Part shown: positions 5,825-13,975 of the stretch, piece after piece | How positions within the stretch are numbered: position 1 is the first letter of the stretch | How the letters are laid out: each line of letters starts with the position of its first letter | From: Verrucomicrobiota bacterium | Lineage (GTDB): Bacteria; Verrucomicrobiota; Verrucomicrobiia; Chthoniobacterales; UBA6821 | Length of the DNA: 17,507 nt | Reading direction: 5' to 3' | NCBI GenBank assembly: GCA_008932965.1 | Contig: WBXG01000037.1 | Location: 1 to 17,507, forward strand | Position numbers and translations under genes: made by a program | The notes under the pieces: model-generated | What the model was told of the DNA's origin: nothing | What the model saw: the letters and a program-made list of their open reading frames with translations, nothing else | Databases searched by the model: none

Positions 5825-6988
5825 TCACTTTGCCTCCGTGGCCTTAGGGACGAATTCTTTCTTTACTGCCAGTAGTAAATTGGCCCCCCCGGATTCGGTA
5901 GTATTAAATTGATAACCTGTTCCAAAGGGCATGGGGCCACGCAGTCCGCAAGAATTAGAGGCATTAGCCAGTTCGGATTGATAATATTTTTTAAAGAGTT
6001 CAATAGGGCCTTGATAACAGCCAAAATAATAGAAGGCCCATCTATTTTTTTCAAAATAGCAAAGTGGAATTCCTGAGTCGTCTTGCAAAATTGTAGTTGA
6101 TTCGTTTAGAAGGAATTCACGAGCATGTGAAAATTCGTTTTCATGGAGTAGGTAGGAGGCTGCCTTAAGGTAGGCGGCACCTGAACCGAATGAGCGCACC
6201 CACTTTAAAAAGGAGGTGCTCCCATCATTACAAAGATTGACCTGGGCATAAAAAAGCTGTTGCTCCTGCCCTCCCGAGCGAGAAATAAATCGGATCTTCA
6301 CTCCTGGAGCACCTCCAAGACTCATCATTTCAATGCTTAAAATTTGATCCTCATGCAGTATTAGAAAAGTTAACAAGATGGGCAAAACCCCTTGAAGAGG
6401 ACCATTGCTCATCTGGTTTTTCATTTCTTTGGTAATAAAATAACCATAGAGCAAAAATGTTTTTGTCACTTCTCGAATCTGTGCTGATCCAAGCTGTAGC
6501 TCCTCTGGGGTGAGTTCTTCTATGGATTTCATTGTTCCAACCGGCTCGGTGCCACATAGAATATAGATCGGAGCCTCCGAAAAAAAAGCCATTACACTGA
6601 GGAGATCGGGTCCTCCAAAAAAATAACGAACCACTCGTGGCATCGGAATGCGTGAGGGTAATTCATGGCGAGCCCATTGTTTCATTGGCTCATAGCGCTT
6701 CTCGCTAAAATCTTTCCAAGCTGCTTGGATTGCTGGATCGTGCGCTAACCACTCGCTCGTGGTCGTAAAACCATTGGAAGCGTTGATGTCGGATATTGCA
6801 GACTGATCTTGCCGAGAAGGCCGCAAAGCCTGGTTTTGCAGAGGCAGGGGGTGATCTTTGAGCGGGGCTCTATGTTTCATACTGCTCGAGGAGAGGTCCT
6901 CGTTCACAGGAATAGCCCGACGTATCTCTTGCCCAGAAACAGAAGCTGCCCAGAGCAGGAAGAAAAAGGGGAGCTTTCGTGGTATCAT
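5825..6988 (-). CDS. Hypothetical exported protein (387 aa)
   Basis: Long uninterrupted ORF with the signal-peptide-like N-terminus MIPRKLPFFFLLWAASVSGQE. I recognise no catalytic or family motif. Confidence 0.6.
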   Translation of the reverse strand: MIPRKLPFFFLLWAASVSGQEIRRAIPVNEDLSSSSMKHRAPLKDHPLPLQNQALRPSRQDQSAISDINASNGFTTTSEWLAHDPAIQAAWKDFSEKRYEPMKQWARHELPSRIPMPRVVRYFFGGPDLLSVMAFFSEAPIYILCGTEPVGTMKSIEELTPEELQLGSAQIREVTKTFLLYGYFITKEMKNQMSNGPLQGVLPILLTFLILHEDQILSIEMMSLGGAPGVKIRFISRSGGQEQQLFYAQVNLCNDGSTSFLKWVRSFGSGAAYLKAASYLLHENEFSHAREFLLNESTTILQDDSGIPLCYFEKNRWAFYYFGCYQGPIELFKKYYQSELANASNSCGLRGPMPFGTGYQFNTTESGGANLLLAVKKEFVPKATEAK

Positions 6989-7128
6989 CTCAGATCCTAT
7001 TTATTTCTTTTTTTATAAAAAATGAAAGAACTTACAGAATCTCCTTGAGACATTGCTCACTCTCCGCAATGCTATCCCTCCGCTTTTGAATTTATTGTTC
7101 CCCAACAAAAAAATGAAGCGTCATTCAT

Positions 7129-7278
7129 TGAGAACCTGTATTCAAAGTCGTTGAGACTGATGAAAAACAAGGAGTCGACGGCGCAGAGACTCATAGTGTA
7201 CACGAGGCACTCAAGGAGGCGAGCACCGGTGCGATGCTGTTATTCGAATTCTCAGTAGAGTCTGAATATAGGTTCTTA
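7129..7278. mobile_element. Divergent palindromic repeat (second subfamily of the MITE-like elements)
   Basis: The termini are AGAACCTGTATTCAAAGTC and GACTCTGAATATAGGTTCT|TA (reverse complement AGAACCTATATTCAGAGTC; counting the gapped extension the left end runs on as GTTGAGACTGATG). Compare AACC-TATATTCAGACT with AACCCGGATATTTCATACT of the main family. The GC-rich internal arms (CAAGGAGTCGACGGCGCAGAG / CAAGGAGGCGAGCACCGGTGCG) resemble the arm CAAGGCGGGCGAAGG in B and G. Confidence 0.6.
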
Positions 7279-7293
7279 ATTTAACATCTGAAA

Positions 7294-7299
7294 TATAAT
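7294..7299 (+). promoter_or_regulatory. Perfect -10 hexamer TATAAT, 6 nt upstream of the bS22-like ATG (possible leaderless transcript)
   Basis: TATAAT at 7294-7299. A start site about 7 nt downstream would coincide with the A of ATG 7306. There is no Shine-Dalgarno sequence. Any -35 would fall in the right terminus of the repeat at 7129-7278 and is weak. Confidence 0.25.
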
Positions 7300-7305
7300 A
7301 CCCCA

Positions 7306-7410
7306 ATGGGATCCATTAAAAAGAAACGCAAATCTAAAATTGCAAAGCATAAACGTCGTAAACGGATGAAACTAAACCGTCACAAAAAACGTCTGCGGTA
7401 TAAGTCTTAA
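7306..7410 (+). CDS. bS22-like small basic ribosomal protein (AURKAIP1/COX24-type, 34 aa); not in the supplied ORF track
   Basis: Hand translation: MGSIKKKRKSKIAKHKRRKRMKLNRHKKRLRYKS*. The MGS(V)IKK(R)RK...KHRK pattern matches, from memory, the actinobacterial/Bacteroidetes bS22 family (M. smegmatis [21 protein letters not shown]...). Confidence 0.6.
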   Translation: MGSIKKKRKSKIAKHKRRKRMKLNRHKKRLRYKS

Positions 7411-8009
7411 TCCTTCAAAGAAAAACGGATTGGGATCAGTACTGTAGAAGTAATTGCTTGGCTATGACGATGAGCAGGGTAAAAAACCCAGCTCCTTTCT
7501 ACTGTTGTTAAAGCCTGTTGATCGAGGATGGGATAACCCGAGGAACCTTGTACTCCCAGGTGAGTTATTGTTCCATGCTCATTGACTGTGACACATAGCA
7601 GAACTGTTCCTTCATGACCTTGCTGCCGCTCTCCCTCGGGGTAGAGCGGTTGGGGATTATGAAGATAGCGTGGCAGGACATCTTGAGCCCCTGATGAAGC
7701 AGAGAAGGATTGTTGATGTGGACAGGAAGCAGAGATCTGTTTTTGAAAATGAGGGAAGGATTTACTTGTTTTAGAAGTAACTTCTCTATGAGCAGTGATA
7801 TTTTTTGTTGCCTCAGGAGATATTCCCTTTTTTTCACGGTACGGTGCCTCCAGGAGTATTAGCTCAAGACTTGAGAACCCTTTTGAAAGGCTGTATTGAG
7901 GCGGCTCTACCGAGGAATAGAGGAAAAACAATAGTACCCCATGGATCCCTAGTGCCATGACACAACAAATCCAATAGGAGCGTTTAAAAAGTATATTCAA
8001 TACCTCCAT
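7407..8009 (-). CDS. tonB: TonB-family energy transducer
   Basis: N-terminal membrane anchor WICCVMALGIHGVLLFFLY, a linker, then a C-terminal TonB domain (YPEGERQQGHEGTVLLCVTVNEHGTITHLGVQGSSGYPILDQQALTTVERSWVFYPA). It overlaps the receptor gene end by 26 nt, which suggests operon coupling. The alternative start Met18 would be at 7958. Confidence 0.8.
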   Translation of the reverse strand: MEVLNILFKRSYWICCVMALGIHGVLLFFLYSSVEPPQYSLSKGFSSLELILLEAPYREKKGISPEATKNITAHREVTSKTSKSFPHFQKQISASCPHQQSFSASSGAQDVLPRYLHNPQPLYPEGERQQGHEGTVLLCVTVNEHGTITHLGVQGSSGYPILDQQALTTVERSWVFYPAHRHSQAITSTVLIPIRFSLKD

Positions 8010-10125
8010 AAATAGATGCCCCGTCTCCAGGGAAAAATTGAGCTAGGTAGGCTTTAGGCGCTTGTGCATTGGCAATCACTCCAGTAGTGGCTGCATAAGT
8101 AGTGTTACTAAGATTCATGGTTTCTACATAAAAGGAACATCCGCGTTTCGGCCGGTAACCCATTTTAAATCCTAAAATAGCATAGGGGGCTGTGAAGAGA
8201 GTTGCTGCTGCATCGACATTGTAGCCAACTGGAACCCATTCGACATTGGGGCCAGCATAAAATCCTCGTGGGTGCTCATAGAGCAGTTCGGCTCGGTAGT
8301 AGAGGAGTGGAATACCGGGCAACTGGTTGTTTCCATACTGAGGATCATTAGCAAAATGAAAATCATTAAAAAGCCCCACCTGCTTGAGGTAGAGACGATC
8401 TCGGCCATTTTTAGGAAAATCGAATTCCTTTTTTTTATCTAACGTTGCAGTTGTTGTCGTGGAATGACAAAAAAGCGAATTGCAGAGCGTGACATCGAAT
8501 CCCAATTCAACGCCTTGATGGATTGTTTGGCCTGCGTTGGTATTAAGAACAGAAGGGCCTGTAGAGGTGTTCACACTATAGGGAAAAATTTCGTTCTCCA
8601 CCCATGAATAGTAATAAGCCAGATCCCACCGATAGCGCCCAGCACGTCCACGGGTACCGGTTTCCAGTGTGGTAGCAGTGGTGGCTTTCAGTGGCATAAT
8701 TCCTTGATAACTCGGATTCACAAGCTCTGCAAAAGAAGGGGGTGAAAAACTACGACTGATATTTCCAAAAAGCTGTGCCTCTGGTGTCACGTCATAGAGC
8801 AATCCCCATTGAGGCGAATATCCCCAATAGGTTTGTGTGCCACTGTTATCGATGTTGTTGGGCTGATTCCAGAGGCTCGTATTTTGCCGCACTGCGTAGG
8901 TGACCGCAGTTCCGGCTACGGTCGAGAGCTTCTTTGTGAGATAAAACTGATCTTGGACAAAAAAATTGAAGTTTGAGGCAAGTTCTTCATCATGGTCTAT
9001 TTGTTTCCCGGCGTTTCCATTGTTGTTGAGGTAGACTGGCTCATCGGTGATGCCCCAGCTAGGATTCAAGCCGAGGGTGAGTTTATTTTGATGCTGTAAA
9101 ACTTCCTGCTCATTTTTCCATTGCAGCATGAATCCTAAATCATCATTCACATCTCCCAAAAAGAGTGCCATGGCATGATGTGTAAAGTTGACATGATTCC
9201 AATAAACTTGAGCCTCGGCTTTATTCTCTCCCTCTTGCCAGGTCGTCTTGTCGGCAACACGGAGGAAATCATAATCTTTTTGCCAGTTGTTCCTGCTATT
9301 GGTCGGGTTTGCTTGTTTAGGATTACTCTCGAGCTGAGATTTTGTCAGACCACCTGGCATTTGAGAGAGAGTCTGGACGTAGGTAAAATAGAGCCGCGTT
9401 TCCAAATGCTCTGAAATTTTATCTCCGATATTAGAAAAAAGGCGCATGTTCGACTGATTGCTATGATTACGATAACCATCTGTGAAGCCAGTACTGATGC
9501 TCGAATAATAATCGTATTTTCCTAGGACACATCCTGAACTGACTTGTCCTTTGAACGTATTGAAACTTCCATATTCAAAACGTGCTGTGAGTGGTGGTGT
9601 ATCATATCCGGTGAAAGAGACAAAATTAATTGCCCCTCCCAAATTCGTAGAGCCATACTCGAGGGAGTTGGCGCCGCGATAAACCTCCATGTAACGCGTG
9701 GCAAGAGGCTCGATGGATTGCATATTAAAAGTCCCATCGGCAAAATTAATGGGCATTCCATCTTGGAGCAGCTGGATACCGCGTCCTCCACACATCCCGC
9801 GCTGAATTCCAGAGCCACGAATAGAAATACGTGACTCTTCTTGGCCAAAACGTGGTTGTACATACACCCCAGGAGCCCATTGCAAGGCATCTTTGAGTGT
9901 GGAGTAACGACCCGTCTTATAAGAGTTGGCATTGATCACCTCAACCGCTCCGGCGCGCTGGGCGAGCTCTTGCTCTTTACTTTTAAATTCTTGAACGGTT
10001 AGCGAGGCGTTGGATTTTCCCGAAACAAGCACTTCGGGAAGGAGCAGCGGGGGGTCATTAGAAAAAGTGGAGTAGACAGCACTTATGCTAATAAAGAAAA
10101 AAAGGAGAACAAAAGATCTCTTCAT
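7984..10125 (-). CDS. TonB-dependent outer-membrane receptor
   Basis: It has a plug region (AGAVEVINANSY...ESRISIRGSG...GIQLLQDGMPIN), a long beta-barrel and the terminal ...GGIEYTF. I prefer the ATG at 10125 (MKRSFVLLFFFISISAVYS, a canonical signal peptide) over the track start at 10170. Confidence 0.85.
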   Translation of the reverse strand: MKRSFVLLFFFISISAVYSTFSNDPPLLLPEVLVSGKSNASLTVQEFKSKEQELAQRAGAVEVINANSYKTGRYSTLKDALQWAPGVYVQPRFGQEESRISIRGSGIQRGMCGGRGIQLLQDGMPINFADGTFNMQSIEPLATRYMEVYRGANSLEYGSTNLGGAINFVSFTGYDTPPLTARFEYGSFNTFKGQVSSGCVLGKYDYYSSISTGFTDGYRNHSNQSNMRLFSNIGDKISEHLETRLYFTYVQTLSQMPGGLTKSQLESNPKQANPTNSRNNWQKDYDFLRVADKTTWQEGENKAEAQVYWNHVNFTHHAMALFLGDVNDDLGFMLQWKNEQEVLQHQNKLTLGLNPSWGITDEPVYLNNNGNAGKQIDHDEELASNFNFFVQDQFYLTKKLSTVAGTAVTYAVRQNTSLWNQPNNIDNSGTQTYWGYSPQWGLLYDVTPEAQLFGNISRSFSPPSFAELVNPSYQGIMPLKATTATTLETGTRGRAGRYRWDLAYYYSWVENEIFPYSVNTSTGPSVLNTNAGQTIHQGVELGFDVTLCNSLFCHSTTTTATLDKKKEFDFPKNGRDRLYLKQVGLFNDFHFANDPQYGNNQLPGIPLLYYRAELLYEHPRGFYAGPNVEWVPVGYNVDAAATLFTAPYAILGFKMGYRPKRGCSFYVETMNLSNTTYAATTGVIANAQAPKAYLAQFFPGDGASIYGGIEYTF

Positions 10126-10350
10126 GGGGGAATGTAATGATTGGGGGGGAGGGCTCGCTATCGAGCCCATTACTGGAGGGAGAGGGAGAACAACGTTGTC
10201 TTTTTTAGAAAAGTCGGTTGCAAAAAATTGTTTTTATCCTGCAAGCACGCATCAAAAGATTTTGTGTAGTGCTACATGAAATTACTGATGACTGAGTGAA
10301 AAACCATCTCGACGAAACAGAACGATTTCTAATCCCATCGGGTTTAGTGC

Positions 10351-10534
10351 TAACATGGATATTTCATACTGATCGTGACGAAAAAGTCGCGAAGGGTAAT
10401 GCAGCAAGGCCTACGAGTATTTTAACGCAGAACTCTATGAGTAGAGCCCTCCCCAAATCAAAATGGGAGTCATACACACAGCATCCAGCTGGCTTCCTGG
10501 CTTGCGTGTAAATTCGTATGAAATATTTGAGCTA
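10351..10534. mobile_element. MITE-like imperfect-palindrome repeat, copy F (full length, 184 bp, TA on both flanks)
   Basis: TA|ACATGGATATTTCATACTGATCGTGACG...TTCGTATGAAATATTTGAGC|TA. The start of the left arm matches copy E. The right arm (CCCCAAATCAAAATGGGAGTC...CAGCATCCAGCTGGCTTCCTGGCTTGCGTG) aligns with B and D. Confidence 0.9.
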
Positions 10535-10951
10535 GAGAGCTCGAGGATAGGGTGCAGGGGTCTCTTGGATGATACTTCTATAATCCAAGGCAATAACGTG
10601 AGGGTATTGGGTTTTTTTTCCAAATAGGAAAAGTAGCTCGCAGCCTTGGGTAAGAAGGGCTGCTTTCAAAGATTTTTCTATTTTAAAGGAAGCTGCTGTT
10701 TTTTGCTCGTTGTGTTTTGCTTCAGCAATTTTTTTGCACAAAGAGCAGCGATATTTTCCACTCAATGTTTTTTGAAGAGCATTTGTGAAACTATCGTGTT
10801 TCGAGTATTCCTGTACCATTCCCGTCCAAGCAACCCCTTGAAGCACTAGGAGCGGACCTCCAGCAATAATAAAGAGGGAAAAAGCAATTGAGAGAAAAGC
10901 AATCCACTGAAACCTAAATAGGTGGATCAAACTAGGGAATTGGGCCTGCAA
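10532..10951 (-). CDS. Hypothetical small membrane protein (start uncertain)
   Basis: The ORF encodes one clear TM helix (WIAFLSIAFSLFIIAGGPLLVLQGVAW) and a CSLC motif. The track version (to 11041) overlaps tRNA-Gly and so cannot be correct. Candidate TTG starts are at 10951 and 10930, and Met75 would remove the TM helix. The stop TAG (10532-10534) overlaps the terminal TA of MITE F. Confidence 0.45.
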   Translation of the reverse strand: MQAQFPSLIHLFRFQWIAFLSIAFSLFIIAGGPLLVLQGVAWTGMVQEYSKHDSFTNALQKTLSGKYRCSLCKKIAEAKHNEQKTAASFKIEKSLKAALLTQGCELLFLFGKKTQYPHVIALDYRSIIQETPAPYPRAL

Positions 10952-10999
10952 CGTGGAGATGTTTTGAGAGCTAGAAACGGTGATAAGACGGATTACACG

Positions 11000-11072
<73 letters not shown>

Positions 11073-11091
11073 ATCTGTATCAAGGTCGGTA

Positions 11092-11119
11092 ATTCTTCAC
11101 ATTCTGCACGGTCTGTCAA
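11092..11119 (-). promoter_or_regulatory. Candidate sigma70-type promoter for tRNA-Gly
   Basis: On the minus strand there is a perfect -35 TTGACA (11119-11114), a 16-nt spacer and the -10-like AAGAAT (11097-11092). The -10 ends 19 nt upstream of the mature tRNA 5' end. Confidence 0.4.
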
Positions 11120-11136
11120 TTTTTCAATTTTCTTTC

Positions 11137-11172
11137 TAGCGTGGATATTTCATGCCGATGGTGACGGGGATT
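11137..11172. mobile_element. MITE left-end fragment (copy P), embedded in the 3' end of the pqiA-like gene
   Basis: CTAGCGTGGATATTTCATGCCGATGGTGACGGGG (11136-11169) matches the left end of copy E (CTAGCTCGGATATTTCATACTGATCGTGACGAGG) at 28/34 positions. It is followed by CCCAAATC, a motif found next to the central hairpin of full copies. More degenerate similarity may extend to about 11215. Confidence 0.65.
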
Positions 11173-11650
11173 CCCAAATCCATTGGGGGCGGTAGAGCTC
11201 ATATGCAAAAATATTACACAATAAAACAGCTGAAAAAAAGAGTGCTCCTGGTTCTGCATGAATACTTGCCAACATTCCGAGCTGACCCACGGCAGCGATA
11301 ATGGAGAGTAGAAAAATGTCAATCATCGCCCAATTTCCGATTTTAATCATGATACGATAGAGTCGACATCGCTCCTCACAATAGATTGGTTTTCCATGAA
11401 GCCATAACATCCAACTCATGATGATCAGCTTTAAAAAAGGAACAACGATACTTGCTAAAAAAATGATCAAACCGACCGGCCATAATCCCGAATGAACCAT
11501 CTCTTGAACTCCTCCCATCACAGTAAGTGGGCTTGTATTACCATTAAGAGTCATGGTCATTACCGGCACCACATTTGAAGGAATATAGAAAATAGCCCCG
11601 GTTAGGACCATGGCTTTGACTAGAGAAAGCTGTTGTGTTGACGTCATCAT
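11150..11650 (-). CDS. PqiA-family integral membrane protein (second half-gene)
   Basis: 166 aa, multi-TM, with PqiA-like motifs (PVMT...GG...W...LASIVVP..K; ...W.MIDIF..). It lies 9 nt downstream of the first PqiA-like ORF. The last codons and the TGA stop (11150-11152) lie in MITE fragment P. Confidence 0.7.
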   Translation of the reverse strand: MMTSTQQLSLVKAMVLTGAIFYIPSNVVPVMTMTLNGNTSPLTVMGGVQEMVHSGLWPVGLIIFLASIVVPFLKLIIMSWMLWLHGKPIYCEERCRLYRIMIKIGNWAMIDIFLLSIIAAVGQLGMLASIHAEPGALFFSAVLLCNIFAYELYRPQWIWESPSPSA

Positions 11651-11659
11651 GACACTTCA

Positions 11660-12283
11660 TTATGAAATATTGAGGTTCGTAATAATTTTCTCAAAAAAGG
11701 AACGGTCAAAAAATCGCATTACAATAAGGGATACAATGGCTAACAGGCCCACCCATAGGGATCCTGATTTCCAATGAATATTTCCTAGTTGTTCTAATTT
11801 TACAACGGCTGCCAGGGTCCCTACGGCAAAAACGGGCATCAGATTCCAGGGTAATAAAGTTTCTACTAGGATTAGTGCTATTTTAAGGCCTGGCCAGGAG
11901 AGCCTCAGGCAGCATCCTGCTAGTAAATACCAAAATGCGGCAAAGTAGAGAATAGGTAGTCCTATTGCAGAAAAAAAAACGAGAAGGGCTAACGGCCAGT
12001 AGCCTTGAGAGAAAAGGCTCTCAACACCAGTGATCATCAAATTAGATTGTGTGTTTCCAGAAACATCAAAAACCATGAGCGGCCTCACATTAGCCATCAG
12101 TAAAAAAATCAGGCAGGCTGTCACCAAAGCCCATGCTATTTGCAAAGAATTAGGATCTCCATATTTTTTGAGGCTTTTCCCACATCGTATGCAGAGCAGT
12201 TCCTCACCCGGACTAAGCCTGCAATCAATGTAGGAGGCGGAGCAATCGGAGCACGATTTTAAAAATAAAGGATCATGATGCAC
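11660..12283 (-). CDS. PqiA-family integral membrane protein (first half-gene, with a Cys-rich N-terminus)
   Basis: 207 aa. The zinc-ribbon-like CSDCS...C...CIRCG N-terminus followed by several TM helices is the arrangement of paraquat-inducible protein A domains. Confidence 0.75.
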   Translation of the reverse strand: MHHDPLFLKSCSDCSASYIDCRLSPGEELLCIRCGKSLKKYGDPNSLQIAWALVTACLIFLLMANVRPLMVFDVSGNTQSNLMITGVESLFSQGYWPLALLVFFSAIGLPILYFAAFWYLLAGCCLRLSWPGLKIALILVETLLPWNLMPVFAVGTLAAVVKLEQLGNIHWKSGSLWVGLLAIVSLIVMRFFDRSFFEKIITNLNIS

Positions 12284-12401
12284 AGTGTTACCAATTAAAG
12301 CTTACATGGAGCCAACCGTCAAAAGTTTCTAACAAGAAAAAAGAAAGATTTTGGAACCCAGATATTCACTTTTGAGCCTAATGGGTTAGATGGAGATGGT
12401 A

Positions 12402-13298
12402 TTACTCACCATCCAAATACCGCTGATTCATTCCCTCATAAGCATCAATACGTCGGTCCCGCAAGAATGGCCAGTGCGTGCGCTGTGTATTTAGCAATGA
12501 AAGATCAAGGTCTGCAATCAAGACCTCTTCCTCATTCTCGGAAGCCTCCACAACAAGTGAACCATCAGGGGCGGCAATAAGGCTGCTTCCCCAAAATTCA
12601 AGCCCCTCTCCACCTGCAGGAGCCTCATGGCCAATACGATTAATCCCGGCTACATATACTCCGTTTGCAAGAGCATGAGCGCGCTGGGCAAGCTGCCAGG
12701 CCTCTTTTTGTTTTTTTCCAAATTCTTTTTTTTCACTTGGGTGCCATCCAATGGCGGTAGGATAAAATAAGACCTCTGCTCCACGCAGTGCAGTAAGACG
12801 TGCTGCTTCTGGATACCACTGATCCCAGCAGATGAGGACTCCTATCCTTCCTGCCTGAGTACTCCAAGAACGAAACCCGAGATCCCCTGGGGTAAAATAA
12901 AATTTTTCGTAAAAAAGAGGATCATCAGGAATATGCATCTTGCGGTACTTGCCAAGGTATGTTCCATCGGCATCCAAAATAGCAGCACTATTGTGATAGA
13001 GACCCGGGGCACGCCTCTCAAAAAGGGAGCCAATGACCACAATTCCATATTCTTTAGCAAGGGCCCCTAACGCCATTGTTGTAGGACCAGGAATGGGTTC
13101 AGCTAATTCAAAATAGGAATGATCCTCTTTTTGACAAAAATATTCGCTTAAGAAGAGTTCTGGCAAACAAACAACCTGAGCCCCCCTTGCAGCAGCCTCT
13201 TTAATAAAAAGTTGTGCTTTTTCTAAATTGAGGAGTGGATCAGCGCTGCAGCGCATTTGCACTAATCCGACTCGAAGCACCTTGGATGTATGAACCAT
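12402..13298 (-). CDS. aguB: N-carbamoylputrescine amidase (carbon-nitrogen hydrolase superfamily)
   Basis: 298 aa. The nitrilase-superfamily triad contexts are CLPELF (Glu), YRKMHIPD (Lys) and VLICWDQWYPE (Cys). Overall similarity is to AguB-type enzymes of the agmatine-to-putrescine route. Confidence 0.85.
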   Translation of the reverse strand: MVHTSKVLRVGLVQMRCSADPLLNLEKAQLFIKEAAARGAQVVCLPELFLSEYFCQKEDHSYFELAEPIPGPTTMALGALAKEYGIVVIGSLFERRAPGLYHNSAAILDADGTYLGKYRKMHIPDDPLFYEKFYFTPGDLGFRSWSTQAGRIGVLICWDQWYPEAARLTALRGAEVLFYPTAIGWHPSEKKEFGKKQKEAWQLAQRAHALANGVYVAGINRIGHEAPAGGEGLEFWGSSLIAAPDGSLVVEASENEEEVLIADLDLSLLNTQRTHWPFLRDRRIDAYEGMNQRYLDGE

Positions 13299-13361
13299 AT
13301 GAAAAAAGAATGTGGATATTGCAAAGCTATCACAATAGAATAACGACTCACAACTTTCTCT

Positions 13362-13946
13362 ATGAAAAAAAATCTTTTAAAATTCTACGCTCCCTTCTTC
13401 ATGGCCTCCACGATAGCTGGTGCTGCTTCACCAGCTGCCGCTCATGATATTCGCATTGTTATTAATACGGACAAAGGAGCTATCCATGCAACTCTCTTTG
13501 CGAGCAAGGTTCCAATCACAACGGCTAATTTTCTCAACCTTGCCAAGCATGGTTTTTATAACGGACTTACCTTCCATCGTGTGATTGCTGATTTTATGAT
13601 TCAAGGTGGCGATCCAACAGGAACAGGAAGTGGTGGTCCTGGATATAAATTTGCTGATGAAATTGATCCACGTCTCAAACATGATCGTGCAGGGGTCTTC
13701 TCAATGGCAAACTCTGGCCCCAATACCAATGGAAGCCAATTTTTCATTACCCATGGACCTACCCCATGGCTCGATGGGAAACATGCTGTTTTTGGTGTGG
13801 TCGATCAGGGGCAAGACGTTGTCAATGCGATAAGAAAGGGAGATAAAATTATTTCCATCGATATCCTCGATAAGACAGATACTCTCTTCCAAGAGGAGTC
13901 TAAGGAGATCGCAGCCTGGGATAAAAAATTGAACTTAAAATCGTAG
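13362..13946 (+). CDS. Cyclophilin-type peptidyl-prolyl cis-trans isomerase, exported
   Basis: Cyclophilin signatures [15 protein letters not shown] and [18 protein letters not shown]. The N-terminal signal peptide is [27 protein letters not shown]. Confidence 0.9.
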   Translation: MKKNLLKFYAPFFMASTIAGAASPAAAHDIRIVINTDKGAIHATLFASKVPITTANFLNLAKHGFYNGLTFHRVIADFMIQGGDPTGTGSGGPGYKFADEIDPRLKHDRAGVFSMANSGPNTNGSQFFITHGPTPWLDGKHAVFGVVDQGQDVVNAIRKGDKIISIDILDKTDTLFQEESKEIAAWDKKLNLKS

Positions 13947-13975
13947 TGCCGTATGGGCTCAGCGTTACTGACCCC

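Noticed and set aside
7160-7240. The internal GC-rich core (CAAGGAGTCGACGGCGCAGAGACTCATAGTGTAC...CAAGGAGGCGAGCACCGG) resembles my memory of the Neisseria Correia element core (CAAGGCGACGAAGCCGCAGACAGTAC...CAAGGCGAGGCAACGCC).
   Set aside because: The similarity is patchy, is based on a remembered consensus and involves low-complexity GC-rich stem sequence. I cannot align it properly here, so I claim only an analogy (TA-flanked palindromic MITE) and not homology.
10131-10142. AATGTAATGATT upstream of the TonB-dependent receptor resembles half of a Fur box (GATAATGATAATCATTATC).
   Set aside because: The match is short, lacks dyad symmetry and has no second hexamer repeat. It is not sufficient to call iron regulation.
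12354-12385. AACCCAGATATTCACTTTTGAGCCTAATGGGTT, between the pqiA-like gene and aguB, looks like a collapsed mini-copy (AACCCRGATATT...GGGTT).
   Set aside because: Only about 12 nt resemble the terminus and the rest does not align with any arm. It could be a chance 6-bp inverted repeat. It is too weak to call.
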